Assembly: GCA_038087875.1 (NCBI GenBank)
Contig: CM075996.1
Location: forward strand, 9,612,001 to 9,676,000
Source: Malacoraja senta
Lineage: Eukaryota
Reading direction: 5' to 3'
DNA: 64,000 nucleotides
A model generated the notes under the pieces. The model did not search any database and was not told where the DNA came from. It saw only the letters and a list, made by a program, of their open reading frames with translations. How positions within the stretch are numbered: position 1 is the stretch's first letter; every line of letters begins with the position of its first letter. Positions 11,263 to 23,757 of the stretch are shown here, in pieces. The position numbers were made by a program, and so were the translations under genes.

Positions 11263-14200
11263 ATGCGTAAGGAATTAAAAGTACTGTATTTGAATGCGCG
11301 AAGTATAAGAAGTAAAGTAGATGAGCTTGAGGCTCAGTTAGAGGTTGGTAGATATGACATTGTGGGGATTACCGAGACGTGGCTGCAGGAGGATCGGGTG
11401 TGGGAACTTAATATTCAGGGTTATACATCCTATAGAAAGGACAGGCAGGTGGGTAGAGGAGGGGGGGGGTAGCTCTTCTGGTGAGGGATGGAATTCAGTC
11501 CCTTGCGAGGGAAGACATAGGGACTGACGAGGTAGAGTCACTGTGGATTGAGTTGAGGAATTGCAAAGGCAAGAAGACACTAATTGGTGTTATCTACAGA
11601 CCCCCAAATAGTAGCCCGGATGTAGGGTGTAAGTTGCAGCAGGAGTTAAAACTAGCATGTAACAAAGGTAATGCCACTGTGGTGATGGGGGATTTCAATA
11701 TGAAGGTAGACTGGGAAAATCAGGTTGGTTCAGGACCCCAAGAAAGAGAGTTTGTAGAATGCCTCCGAGATGGATTCTTAGAGCAGCTTGTAATGGAGCC
11801 GACCAGAGAAAAGGCAATTCTGGATTTAGTGTTGTCCAATGAACCAAATTTGATAAGAGAACTCGAGGTAAAGGAACCGCTTGGAGGTAGTGATCATAAT
11901 ATGATTAGTTTTAATCTGCAATTTGAGAAGGAGAAGATTAAATAATCGGAAGTGGAAGTGATGCAGTTGAACAAAGGGGATTATGAAGGCATGAGAGAGG
12001 AGCTGGCCAAGGTAGACTGGATAGGGATACTAGCAGGAATGACGGTGGAACAGCAATGGCAGGAATTTCTGGGCATAATTCGGAAGACGCAGGATCATTT
12101 AATTCCAAAAAGGAAGAAAAATTCTTAGGGGAGTAGGAGGCAGCCGTGGCTGACAAGAGAAGTTAGGGATAGAATAAAACCAAAAGAAAAGATGTATAAC
12201 ACAGCAAAGAGTAGTCGGAAGTCAGAGGATTGGAAAACTTTCATAGGACAACAGAAGGAAACAAAACTGGCAATACGGTCTGAAAAGATGAAGTACGAAG
12301 GGAAGCTGGCCAGGAATATAAAGAAGGACAGTGAAAGCTTCTTTAGATATGTTAAGGGAAAAATAGTAGCAAAGTCAAATGTGGGTCCCTTGAAGGCAGA
12401 CACGGATGAAACTATTATGGGGAACAGGGAAATGGCAGAAGAGTTGAACAGATACTTCGGATCTGTCTTCACTAAGGAAGACACAAACAATCTCCAGGAA
12501 GTACTGGAGGACAGAGGATCTAAGGGGGTTGAGGAACTGAAAGAAATGTTCATGAGGCGAGAAATAGTATCGGGTAGGCTAATGGGACTGAAGGATGATA
12601 AATCCCCGGGGCCTGATGGACTGCATCCCAGGGTCCTCTGGGAGGTGGCTCTAGAAATAGTGGACGCACTGGTGATCATTTTCCAATGTTCAATAGATTC
12701 AGGATCAGTTCCTGTGGATTGGAGGATAGCTAATGTTATCCCACTTTTCAAGAAAGGAGCGAGAGAGAAAACGGGGAATTGCAGACCAGTTAGACTGACC
12801 GGTGGTGGAGTCAATTATTAAAGAGGTAATAATGGGACATTTGGATAGCAGTAAAAGGATTAGTCCAAGTCAGCATAGATTTATGAAAGGGAAATCATGC
12901 TTGACTAATCTTCTGGAATTTTTTGAGGATGTGACAAGTAAAATGGATGAAGGAGTGCCAGTGGATGTAGTGTATCTAGACTTTCAGAAAGCCTTTGATA
13001 AGGTCCCGCATGGGAGACTGGTGACTAAAATTAGAGCACATGGTATTGGGGGTAGGGTGTTGACAAGGATAGAAAATTGGTTGGCAGACAGGAAGCAAAG
13101 AGTAGGAGTGAACGGGTCCTTTTCAGAATGGCAGGCAGTGGCGAGTGGAGTGCCGCAAGGCTCGGTGTTGGGGCCGCAACTGTTTACCATATATATTAAT
13201 GATTTTGAAGGGGGAATTAGGAGCAACACTAGCAAGTTTGCGGATGACACAAAGCTGGGTGGCAGTGTGAACTGTGAAGAGGATGTTAGGAGGTTGCAGG
13301 GTGACCTGGACAGGTTGAGTGAGTGGGCAGATGCATGGCAGATGCAGTATAATATAGATAAATGCAGGAAGATTGTTCCCGATGTTGGGGAAGTCCAGGA
13401 CAAGGGGTCACAGTTTAAGGATAAAGGGGAAATCCTCTAGGACCGAGATGAGAAAAACATTTTTCACTCAGAGAGTGGTGAATCTCTGGAACTCTCTGCC
13501 ACAGAAGGTAGTTGAGGCCAGTTAATTGGCTATATTTAAGAGGGAGTTAGATGTGGCCCTTGTAGCTAAAGGGATCAGGGGGTATGGAGAGAAGGCAGGT
13601 ACAGGATACTGAGTTGGATGATCAGCCATGATCATATTGAATGGCGGTGCAGGCTCGAAGGGCCGAATGGCCTACTCCTGCACCTATTTTCTATGTTTCT
13701 ATAAATGTGAGGTTATGCACTTTGGTGGCAAAAACAAGGGGGCAGATTATTATCTCAATGGGGTTAGGTTAGGTAAGGGGGAGGTACAGCGAGACCTGGG
13801 TGTCCTTGTACTCCGGTCACTGAAAGTTGACGTGCAGGTACAGCAGGCAGTGAAGAAAGTTAATGGAATGTTGGCCTTCATAACAAGAGGATTTCAGTAT
13901 AGGAGTAAAGAGGTTCTTCTGCAGTTGTATAGGGCTCTGGTGAGACCACATCTGGAGTATTGTGTACAGTTTTGGTCTCCTAATTTGAGGAAGGACATTC
14001 TTGTGATTGAGGCAGTGCAGCGTAGGTTCACGAGATTGATCCCTGGGATGGCGGGACTGTCATATGAGGAAAGATTGAAAAGACTAGGCTTGTATTCACT
14101 GGAGTTTAGAAGGATGAGGGGGGATCTTATAGAAACATATAAAATTATAAAAGGACTGGACAAGCTAGATGCAGGAAAAATGTTCCCAATGTTGGGCGTC

Positions 14201-14490
14201 CAGAACCAGGGGCCAGTCTTAGAATAAAGGGGAGGCCATTTAAGACTGAGGTGAGAAAAAACTTTTTCGCCTAGAGAGTTGTGAATTTGTGGAATTCCCT
14301 GCCAGAGGGCAGTAGAGGCCAAATCACTGGATGGATTTAAGAGAGAGTTAGATAGAGCTCTAGGGGCTAGTGGAATCAAGGGATATGGGGAGAAGGCAGG
14401 CACGGGTTATTGATAGGGGACGATCAGCCATGATCACAATGAATGGCTCGAAGGGCCGAATGGCCTCCCGCACCTATTTTCTATGTTTCT
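11263..14490 (+). mobile_element. Near-full ORF2 CR1 LINE (APE endonuclease + RT), frameshifted
   Basis: YLNARSI, GITETW, GVIYRPP, MGDFN, GSDHN, KSPGPDG, YLDFQKAFD, KFADDTK, RPHLEYC; 3' UTR and tail. Confidence 0.95.
13365..13700 (+). mobile_element. CR1 3'-end fragment inserted inside the CR1 RT
   Basis: Host reading YNIDKC|EVMHFG is split; ATAAATG duplicated at 13358-13364 and 13701-13707. Confidence 0.8.
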
Positions 14491-14776
14491 AAGTTAGATT
14501 TAGCTCTTAGGGCTCACTGAATCAAGGGATATGGTGAGAAAGCAAGAACGGGGTACTGATTTTGGATGATCCGCCATGATCATATTGAATGGCGGTGCTG
14601 GCTTGATGGGCCGAATGGCCTACTCCTGCACCTATTTTCTCTGTTTCTTTGAATGATACTGTGTAATACTATGCAGTGTGCTAGACTGAACAGGGAGTGG
14701 TGTTACTGTTGTAGTGGCTGGCAGACAGTGTCACACAGATATTATTCCTTCCACAGCAGTAGCAGCAGCCACCCAC

Positions 14777-15031
14777 CTGTCTCACGGAGGTCACTGGCCT
14801 TGGTTCTGGCCATGCGAGCCTTGGAGCTGTCGTTAGCGTGAGGGTCGTCGTCGTTGGTGAACAGCATGATGCGCTTGTGGCTCAGCTTGAGCTTGACGTC
14901 GCTGAAGAGGTTGGAACAGGCCCACAGCGCCTCTCCCACCGAGACGTCCCGGCTGTGGCCCAGGTCCTTCTTGAACATCTTGTTCCCCTTCTCTCCTTGG
15001 TACCCATCCAGTTCCAGCACTCGCTTCGCAC
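14777..15031 (-). CDS. XRCC6: Ku70 coding exon ([10 protein letters not shown]...[30 protein letters not shown]...[11 protein letters not shown])
   Basis: AATAG acceptor, CAG|GTGGGT donor, 255 nt; [10 protein letters not shown] motif. Confidence 0.98.
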
Positions 15032-16246
15032 CTATTTCCAGACAGACAATCAGACAGACTCTTGATACTGTGTAGGAAGGAACTGCAGATGCTGGTTTAC
15101 ACTGAAGATAGACACTAAGTGCTGCAGCAACTCAGCGGGTCAGGCAGCATCTCTAGGTGACATTTTGGGTCGAGACCCGTCTTCAGACTGAGAGTCCCCT
15201 GAGTGAGAGAGACCCAGACTGAGTGTGTCGGAAGGAAATACAGATGCTGATCTCATCTGCCTACTTGTGATGCACATCTCTACCTAAACGCCTTTTCATA
15301 CCACTATCATATCTGCCTCCACCACCACCCCTGTCAGCGCGTTCCAGGCACCCACTATGCTACGTCTAAAAAACTTGCTCCACACATCTCCTTTAAACGT
15401 TCCCCCTCTCACCGTAAAGCTTTGCCCTGTAGTCCTTGACATTACCACCCTGGGGAAAAAAGTTCTGACTGTCTGTCCTCTTCATAATAATTCATTGTAC
15501 ACATTATCACACATTCTCGGGTCCCCTCTCAACCTCCGACCTTCCAGAGAAAACAATCCAAGTTTGTCCCAACTCTCCGTACAGGTAATACCCTCTTATC
15601 CAGGAGGCAATCTGATCAATAGTCCCGACCCGTGACGTCACCCATCCTTTTTCTCATGACCCACTGAGTTACTCCAGCACTTTGTGTCTGCCTTCAGCAT
15701 TCTGGTAAACTTCTTCATTACCCTATCCAAACACCTTCCCATCCTTGCTGCAATGAAGTGCCGGAATTGCAAGCAATACTCCAAATGGGCCTCATCAAAG
15801 TCTTATTAAACTACAAAATGGCTTCCTGAATCTTATATTCAATGCCCTGCCCAATAAGCTGAAGCACACCATGTTCTTTCTTTATCATTCTATCTACTTG
15901 TGTTGCCACTTTCAGGGAGCAGTGGACTTGGACCCCATATTTTTGAAGTTAGTCTATAACTTAGGTAGGGCCTTACTTAGTGATTGAGAGTATTTTGACG
16001 CAAGCATGAATTAAATGATATAAACCGATACAAGAGCAGAATGTTATAAATAACTGTCTCCATTGAAGATGGTGTTCCTTGTTCATCTAATGTGCGAAAA
16101 TACAAGCTATGATGATCTGTAGTATGCTCTATTTTTTAACGTAAGAGAAGAGAATGACGTAATGTAAGGAAAGGGATGGGCATGGCAGAAACAGAATGTG
16201 GCCAACAGTCGACAGGATGAGCTACTGAAACTAATTTAAATGCTGG

Positions 16247-16560
16247 GGTGGTGCAGCGGTAGAGTTAAAGGGTGGCACAGCGGTAGAGTTGCTGCCTTAC
16301 TGCGCCAGAGACCCGGGTTCGATCCCGACTACGGGTGCTGTCTGTACGGAGTTTGTGCGTCCTCCCCGTGACCTGCGTGGGTTTTCTCCGAGATCTTTGG
16401 TTTCCTCCCACACTCCAAAGACGTACAGGTTTGCAGGTAAATTGGCTTGGTGTAAATGTAAATTGTCCCTGGTATGTGTAGGATGGTGTTAATATGCGGG
16501 GATCGCTGGTCGGTGCGGACTCGGTGGGCCGAGTCCTGTATCTCTAAACTAAACTAAATA
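16247..16560 (+). mobile_element. HE1/V-SINE-like SINE (duplicated 5' end)
   Basis: Same family consensus. Confidence 0.85.
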
Positions 16561-16634
16561 AGGAACAAAGGAGATGACAAGGAGTGGGAAAAGGACACTG
16601 CATGGAACATGCCATACCTGGCAGGTGAACCTAC

Positions 16635-16773
16635 CTGGAGTGTCCAGGTCATGGAGAACATAGATGTGCTTGAAGTCCACAGAGTTCTTGTGCTTTTGAG
16701 TTCCGAAGAAGACAACAGCCAGGAGGTCACGGTCGCTGCTGATGATTTTGCTGGTGTACACCTTGTGGACACA
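16635..16773 (-). CDS. XRCC6: Ku70 coding exon ([46 protein letters not shown])
   Basis: CTCGCAG acceptor, CAG|GTAGGT donor, 139 nt; near-identical to Ku70 [15 protein letters not shown]. Confidence 0.98.
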
Positions 16774-16984
16774 CTGCGAGCAAACAGGGTCACGGTAATC
16801 ATCAACAGTGCCACCGCTAATCAACAATACCATACATTGCCCATCCATCCCGTCATCTCAAATGGCTGGGGAGTGTTATGGGGAGATGGCAGGAGAATGG
16901 AGTTGAGAGAGATGAATATATCAGCCATCAGTGTAGACTATGGGCCAAATGGCCTAATTCAGCTCCTATTACTTATGAACTTTT

Positions 16985-17247
16985 TAGTTTAGTTTAGTTT
17001 AGAGATACAGCGCAGAGTCCGTGCCGAGCAACCATCACCTGTACACTAGTTCTATCCTACACAATTTACAGAAGACAATTAACCTGCACATCTTTGGAAT
17101 GTGGGAGGAAACTGCAGCACCCAGAGAAAACCCACATGGTCACGGGGAGAACGTACAAACTCTATACAGACAGCACCCGTGGTCAGGTTCAAACCCGGGT
17201 CTCTGGCGCTGTAAGGCAGCAGCTCTACCGCTGCGTCACTGTGCCGC
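16985..17247 (-). mobile_element. HE1/V-SINE-like SINE
   Basis: Reverse complement of the family consensus. Confidence 0.8.
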
Positions 17248-18074
17248 TCTTATGATCCATTTGAGTCCATTTTAAAAAGCTGTTGGTTTGGAGTCACACA
17301 CAGGCCAGACCCAGTGGTGACATGAGTAACGGGATTGACTTGACAGAAATCTAGTTGTGTCATGGTTATTGCCGCTATTTTCATTTAATGCAAGATCAAT
17401 ATAATAACACGGGTAAATTTCCCAGCTTCCGAAGTGGGATTGGAACTTGATGAGTTTAGACTTTTGGATCAATGGTCAAGTAATGTAACCATTTTCCTAA
17501 CAAACACTGTCTAGCCCAATGTGTAGGAAGGAACTACAGATGCTGGTTTACATTGAAGATAGGCACAAAATGCTGGAGTAACTCAGCGGGACAGGCAGCA
17601 TCTCTAGAGAGAAGGAATTTCTTCTATCCAGAGATGCTCCCTGTCCCGCTGAGTTACTCCAGCCTTTCGTGTCTATCTTCACTGCCTAGCCCAATCTGTG
17701 GGCATCAAGAGGACAGATGTAATAGTCCGTCAGTCCTCATGCCCACTTTGGTGCAGTTTTCCTGATGTTAAACTCTGTGCGAATCAAGGTGAAAGAATGA
17801 AACATTTTCACTTTCTAATAGTTTCCAGTCAAGACATTGCAAAGCAGCAGCCCCCACCCTATTCCAACAACAGATGCTCACAGTTAACGGTATCAGTGCA
17901 ATCCACACGCCCTACAACAGTTACTGAGCGAGATCAGTCACTAGGTCAAATGCCACAACCTCCAGTTCCTGGGCGTGCCCACCTGTGAAGATCTGCGCCG
18001 TGCGTGCCCAGCACATTGATGCCAATCATAAAGTAAGTCCATCAATGCCACTGCTTTAGGTTCTTCTTAGGTCT

Positions 18075-18358
18075 AGAGAGACAGCGCGGAAACAGGAAAC
18101 ACTGTTTCCGCCCCGACCAGCGATCCCCGCATGCTAACACTGTACTACACACACAAGGGACAATTGTTCATTTCTACCAAGCCAATTAACCTACAAACCT
18201 GCACGTCTTTGGAGTGTGGGAGAAAACCGAAGATGTCGGAGTAAACCCACGCTGGTCACGGGGAGAACGTACAGACTCCGTGGACAAGCACCCGTAGTCA
18301 GGATCGAACCAGGGTCTCTGGCGCTGTATAGCAGTAGACCTACTGCTGCGTCACCGTG
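18075..18358 (-). mobile_element. HE1/V-SINE-like SINE
   Basis: Reverse complement of the family consensus. Confidence 0.8.
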
Positions 18359-18720
18359 CTTCCTTGGTTAGGAAGATTGAAGCATGTCGACCTTTTATTA
18401 CACTCGTTTTTGGTTATTAGTTTATTGAATTTTTGTTTTATTATATATTATCTATGCGTATTGTGTTTACAGACCTGTAACACTGCTGCAAGGAGGAAAT
18501 TAATGGTTCTGTTGTCAGAGCATATGACAATTAAACACTTTTGACATACATTGGGATGGTTTACTCATGGAATGCAGCAGCTGCCAGGTAGGCTATGGCA
18601 AAATTAATTTTGTATTTCTCCCTCCTCCGCTCACTGCCTTTGCATTAGTGGTTCTGTATCTGCCAGAGTTAAAGGCGATGGCTTCAGGGGCAAGTGGATT
18701 ATAGCGAGCATGCTTCTTAC

Positions 18721-18833
18721 CTGTAACGTCAGGTCAAACGGTGAAATGTCCGTTTCACTGTCCACTTCAAACATGCATTCCGAGGCATCAATGAGGAAGA
18801 TTAAGCTGTCCCTTCCTGCGAACTTAAATTCCT
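18721..18833 (-). CDS. XRCC6: Ku70 coding exon ([38 protein letters not shown]), vWA domain start
   Basis: TTTTCAG acceptor, CAG|GTAAGA donor, 113 nt; [12 protein letters not shown] motif of Ku70. Confidence 0.97.
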
Positions 18834-19572
18834 CTGAAAAAAGAACAAACACATAATTCATAAGTTCATAAGTGATAGGAGCAGAATTAGGCCGTTCGGC
18901 TCATCAAGTCTACTCCGTCATTCAATCATGGCTGATCTATCTTTCCCCTCAATCCCCTTTCTCCTGCATTCTACTCCTAACTCCTGACACCCATACTAAT
19001 CAAGAATCTATCTCCGCCTTAAAAAATATCCATTGACTTAGCCTCCACAGCCTCTGTGGCAATGAATTCCACAGATTCACCACCCTCTGACTACATCACA
19101 ATCTATAATGTAATATCAAGGAACTGCACAGAAGATGGATATAAAGTGCTGGAGTAACTCAGCGGGTCAGGCAGCATTTCTGGAGGGAACGGATGGGTGA
19201 CCTTTCCGGGACCCTTCACAGGAACTCCTTCCTTCACAGGAACGGCAGAGGCTGGTTTACACCAAGGAAAGACATAAAATACCGGAGTAACTCAGCGGGT
19301 CTGGCAATATCTCTGGTCTTCTTCTTGCGCATAGCGACAGGACAACTTGTTCTATTTGATCTTATTTGATTGTGCACGCCAGGTTGATTGCATTCGTCGA
19401 AACAGGGCGGACCACATGAAGGTTGCAATCTCCCACCCCAGTATCTCTTGTGAATATGGATAGGAGATGGGTTTCGGGTCGGGTCTGACGAAGGGTCCCG
19501 ATCCAAAATGCCAACTGAACACATGACAAGTGTTGTGTGCCGGTGAAAGCATCATCGACTACGGCACAGCAG

Positions 19573-19868
19573 GGCGGCACGGTGGCGCAGCGGTAGAGTT
19601 GCAGCGCCGGAGACCAGAGTTTGATCCCGACTATGGGTGCTGTCTGTACGGAGTTTGCACGTTCTCCCCGTGACCTGCGTGGGTTTTCTCCGAGATCTGC
19701 AGTTTCCTCCCACACTCCAAAGACGTACAGGTTTGTAGGTTAATTGGCTTGGTATATGTGTAAATTGTCCCTAGTTTGTGTAGGATAGTGTTAGTGTGCC
19801 AGGATCGCTGGTCGGCGCGGACTCGGTGGCCCGAAGGGTCTGTTTCCACGCTGTATCTCTAAACTAGA
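19573..19868 (+). mobile_element. HE1/V-SINE-like SINE
   Basis: Family consensus. Confidence 0.85.
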
Positions 19869-19971
19869 CTAGTGTGTACCGTGCATGAGGCGTGTTCCCT
19901 GTGCGTTCCCGTGTGCGGTTGCCTTTCACCGAGGGGCCGTGTGAGAGTGCAGTGATGTGCTGCTGCTGTAC

Positions 19972-20041
19972 CTTCATTGGTCTCGGCATCATCCTGATCT
20001 TCCTCATCCTCATTGTGGTAGTGCGAGCGCCAGTCCGACAT
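19972..20041 (-). CDS. XRCC6: Ku70 first coding exon (MSDWRSHYHNEDEEDQDDAETNE), phase-1 donor
   Basis: ATG at 20041-20039. Acidic N-terminus resembles human Ku70 MSGWESYYKTEGDEE. Donor G|GTACAG; 70 nt joins the next exon in frame. Upstream acceptor is ambiguous (several AGs between 20057 and 20100). Confidence 0.9.
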
Positions 20042-21109
20042 GCTGCTGTCGAGGAGCTGCCCGCTGTACTGTCGGGTAGAGGCACAATACACCAGTATCT
20101 GTGGGGGAATAGACACAAGATGCTGGAGTGACTCAGCAGGACGGGCAGCATCTCCAGAGAGAGGAAAGGGTGACATTTCGGGTCAAGACCCTTCTTCAGA
20201 CTGTCACGGGGGGGGGGGGGGGGGGGGGAGACACAGAGATATGGAAGGGTAAGGTGTGAAAACGAGAGATCAAAGGGGATGGAAGTCAAAGAAAACGTAG
20301 GAAGCACTGGGCTAACAGTTGAGAAACAGTGGAGAGGTAACAAGCTGTTGGAGTGAGGGAAACAATAGACAATAGGTGCAGGAGTAGGCCATTCGGCCCT
20401 TCGAGCCAGCACCGCCATTCAATGTGATCATGGCTGATCATCCCCGATCAGTACCCCGTTCCTGCCTTCTCCCCATATCCCCTGACTCCGCTATCTTTCA
20501 CAACGTCTGGGGAAGAAGGGCTCCAATTTAGCCAGCTCGACAATTAGCTTTGGTTGCAGATGTAATGAGATGCATCTTTTAGTCCATATAATTAAATAAT
20601 GACAAGTGTAATACAATACCACGGTGTCTGATAGAGAAGTAAGTTAGTAATTAAAGATAGACACACAATGATGGAGTAACTCAGCGGATCAGAATGACGA
20701 AGGTTCTTGACCCGAAACGTCACCCATTCCTTCTCTCCAGAGATGCTGCCTGTCCCGCTGAGTTACTCCAGCATTTTGTGTCTATCTTCGATTTAAACCA
20801 GCATCTGCAGTTCCTTAACTGTGTGGGAGGGGGACAGGGGCAATGTGGAGGGCAACTTCCCTTGACGATAACTGCTCATCCAAGAAAGGTGAGATTTTAC
20901 ATTTGCTTCTCCTCTACATTCCCGCGGTTCCGCCCTCCCTGCATCCCCGTCGTCCCTGCTCTTCCCACAAGCCCTGCACCCCCTTACATCCCCTGCACTA
21001 CCCACCCCAGGGTCCAAGTACATAAAACATCAAGGATAGACACATAAATCATTCTTCTTTCTATCCATCAGTGTTGAAGTTAAGCTGGAGCTGTACAAAA
21101 GAGTGGGTT

Positions 21110-21420
21110 TTGTTTAGTTTAGAGATACAGCGCGGAAACAGGCCCTTCGGCCCACCAGGTCCGCACTGACCGGCAATCCCGCACACTAACACGATCCTAC
21201 ACCCACGAGGGACAACGTTTACATTTATACCAAGCCAATTAACCTACAAACATGTACGTCTTTGGAGTGTGGGAGGAAAACGAAGATCTGGGAGAAAACC
21301 CACGCAGGTCACGGGGAGAACGTACAAACTCCGTACAGACAGCACCCGTAGTCGGGATGGAACCCGGGTCTCCGGCGCAGCATTCGCTGCAAGGCAGCAA
21401 CTCTACCGCTGCTCCACCGT
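21110..21420 (-). mobile_element. HE1/V-SINE-like SINE
   Basis: Family consensus, reverse. Confidence 0.85.
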
Positions 21421-21599
21421 GATTAGATTACATCTGGAGTGTCTAGAGTAGTCTGCCCCCCTGCTGCCACTATCGTCAAGATGTGGGAGTCACTGCCACT
21501 GACAACTGCATGCCTAGTTGTCCCAGTGAGGAGGCAGTGAGAAGTTACCCGTGTTGGTGATCAGGAGTCACATGTAGGCCAAACCAGATGCAAGAACCC

Positions 21600-23165
21600 T
21601 TGTGTAGGAAGGAACGGCGGATGCTGGTTTAAACCCAAGATAGACACTAAATGCTGGAGTAAATCAGCGGGACGGGCAGCATCTCTGGAGAGAAGGAATA
21701 GGTGACGTTTCGGATCGAGACCCTTCTTCAGACTCGAGAAGGGAAAAGGAAATGAGACACATAGATGATGATGTAGAGAGATATAGACCAAATGAATGAA
21801 AGAAATGCAAAAAAGTAACAATGATAAAGGAAACGGTTAGCTGTTTGTTGGGTGAGAGTGTCAAGTCAAGTCACATTTATTTATATAGCACATTTAAAAA
21901 ACAACTCTCGTTGGCCAAAGTGCTTTACATTTGTTATAAGAATAGCACAAACAAAACAAACTACGTACATATATACATGTAGCCCTCACTCAGAGGACGT
22001 CAGGAAAGGCTTGGGAGTATAGATAAGTCTTTAGTCTTGACTTAAAAGAGTTGATGGAGGGGGCAGTTCTGATGGGAAAGGGGATGCTGTTCCACAGTCT
22101 AGGGGCTGCAACCGCAAAGGCGCGGTCGCCCCTGAGCTTATGCCTAGACCGTGGGATATTCAGCAACCCCAAGTCGGCCGAACTGAGGGGCCTGGAGGTG
22201 GAGTGGTGGGTGAGAAGACTTTTTAATGTAGGTGGGGGCAAGCCCATTGAGGGCTTTGTAGACATGGAGGAGGATCTTGAAGTTAATACGGAACCGCACA
22301 GGGAGCCAGTGGAGAGAGGCCAGGATCGGGGTGATGTGGTCCCTTTTTCGGGTGCCCGTCAGGAGTCTCGCTGCGGCGTTTTGGACCAGTTGCAGGCGGG
22401 ACAGGGAAAATTGCCTGATGCCAGTGTAAAGGGAGTTGCAGTAATCTAGGCGGGAGGAGATGAATGTGTGGATGATCTTTTCGAGGTCATCAAACTGGAG
22501 GAATTGTTTTATTTTAGCTATCGTCCAAAGCTGAAAGAAGCTAGCTTTTACCACGGCATTGACTTGTTTGTCAAATTTCAGTGCTGAGTCAAATATCATG
22601 CCAAGATTTGTGACGTGAGGTTTGAGTAGTGGGGTAAGGCTTCCAAGGCTGCCTGCTATCATTTTGATTGAGTCCGAGGGGCCGAGATGGATGACCTCAG
22701 ACTTACTCTCGGAAGCTGGTGCGACTTGGGTGGGGGGGGATAGAGAGAGGGGGAATGCAGGGGTTATTTGAAGTTAGAGAAATCAATATTCATACCACTG
22801 GGCTGTAAGCTGCCCAAGCAAAATATGAGATGCTGTTCCTCCAATTTGCATTTATCCTCACTCTGACAATGGAGGAGGCCTAGGACAGAAAGGTCTGTGT
22901 GGGAATGGGAAGGGAAATTAAAGTGTTTAGCAACCGGGAGTTCAGATAAGTTCGGGCGGGCAGAGCGAAGGTCTTCCGCGAACCGATCGTTTGGTCTCGC
23001 TGATGTATAAGAGTCCATATTTTGAACAACGGATACAGTAGATGAGGTTGGAGGAGGTGCAAGTGAACCTCTGCCTCACCTGAAAGGACTGTTGGGATCC
23101 CTGGTCATAGTTGAGGGGAGAAGTATCGGGACAGGTGTTGCATCTTCTGTAGTTGCAGGGGAAGT
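21600..23165 (-). mobile_element. Penelope-like copy split by the L2 insertion
   Basis: GIY-YIG C-terminal ORF 22764-23018; terminal repeat 21600-21860. Confidence 0.8.
21862..22710 (-). mobile_element. L2-clade LINE 3' fragment inserted into a Penelope-like copy
   Basis: ISSRLDYCNSL, LQLVQNAAARLL, DHITPILASLHWLP, GDRAFAVAAPRLWN; (GACTT)n tail. Confidence 0.88.
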
Positions 23166-23459
23166 CGCATCAGCTTCTCATTTTATCCAGGGCTTTCATT
23201 ATTTGGTAAGTTTCAATGAGGTTCCCCCTCATCCTCCTAAACTCCAGCAAGTACAGGCCCAGTGCCACCAAACGCGCATCATATGTTAACCCAATCATTC
23301 CTGGTATCATTCTGTTGCCCAAAATTGTTCACAATACTCCAAATGCGGCCTGACCAGCGCCTTAGAGAGCCTCAGTATTGCATCCCTGTTTTTGTATTCT
23401 AGTCCTCTTGAAATACATTCTAGCTGCACGACCTGCATACTAGGGTCAATTTACAGAGA

Positions 23460-23757
23460 CACGTTGGAGCAGCGGTAGAGTTGCTGCCTTACAGCGCCAG
23501 AGACCTGGGTTTGATCCTGACTACGGGTGCTGTCTGTACGCAGTTTGTCCATTCTCCCTGTGACCCGAATGGATTTTCTTTGGTTTCCTCCCACACTCCA
23601 AAGGCATACAGGTTTGTAGGTTAATTGACGTTGGTAAAAATTGTAAATCGTCCCTTGTATGTGTCGGATAGTGTTAATGTGTGGGGATCACTGGTCGGCG
23701 CGGACTCGGTGGGCCGAAGGGCCTGTTTCCGTGCTGTATCTCATCTCTAAACTAAAC
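23460..23757 (+). mobile_element. HE1/V-SINE-like SINE
   Basis: Family consensus. Confidence 0.8.

Noticed and set aside
16109..16228. C/D-box-like ATGATGA...CTGA
   Set aside because: Antisense to the host gene, no terminal stem; expected by chance
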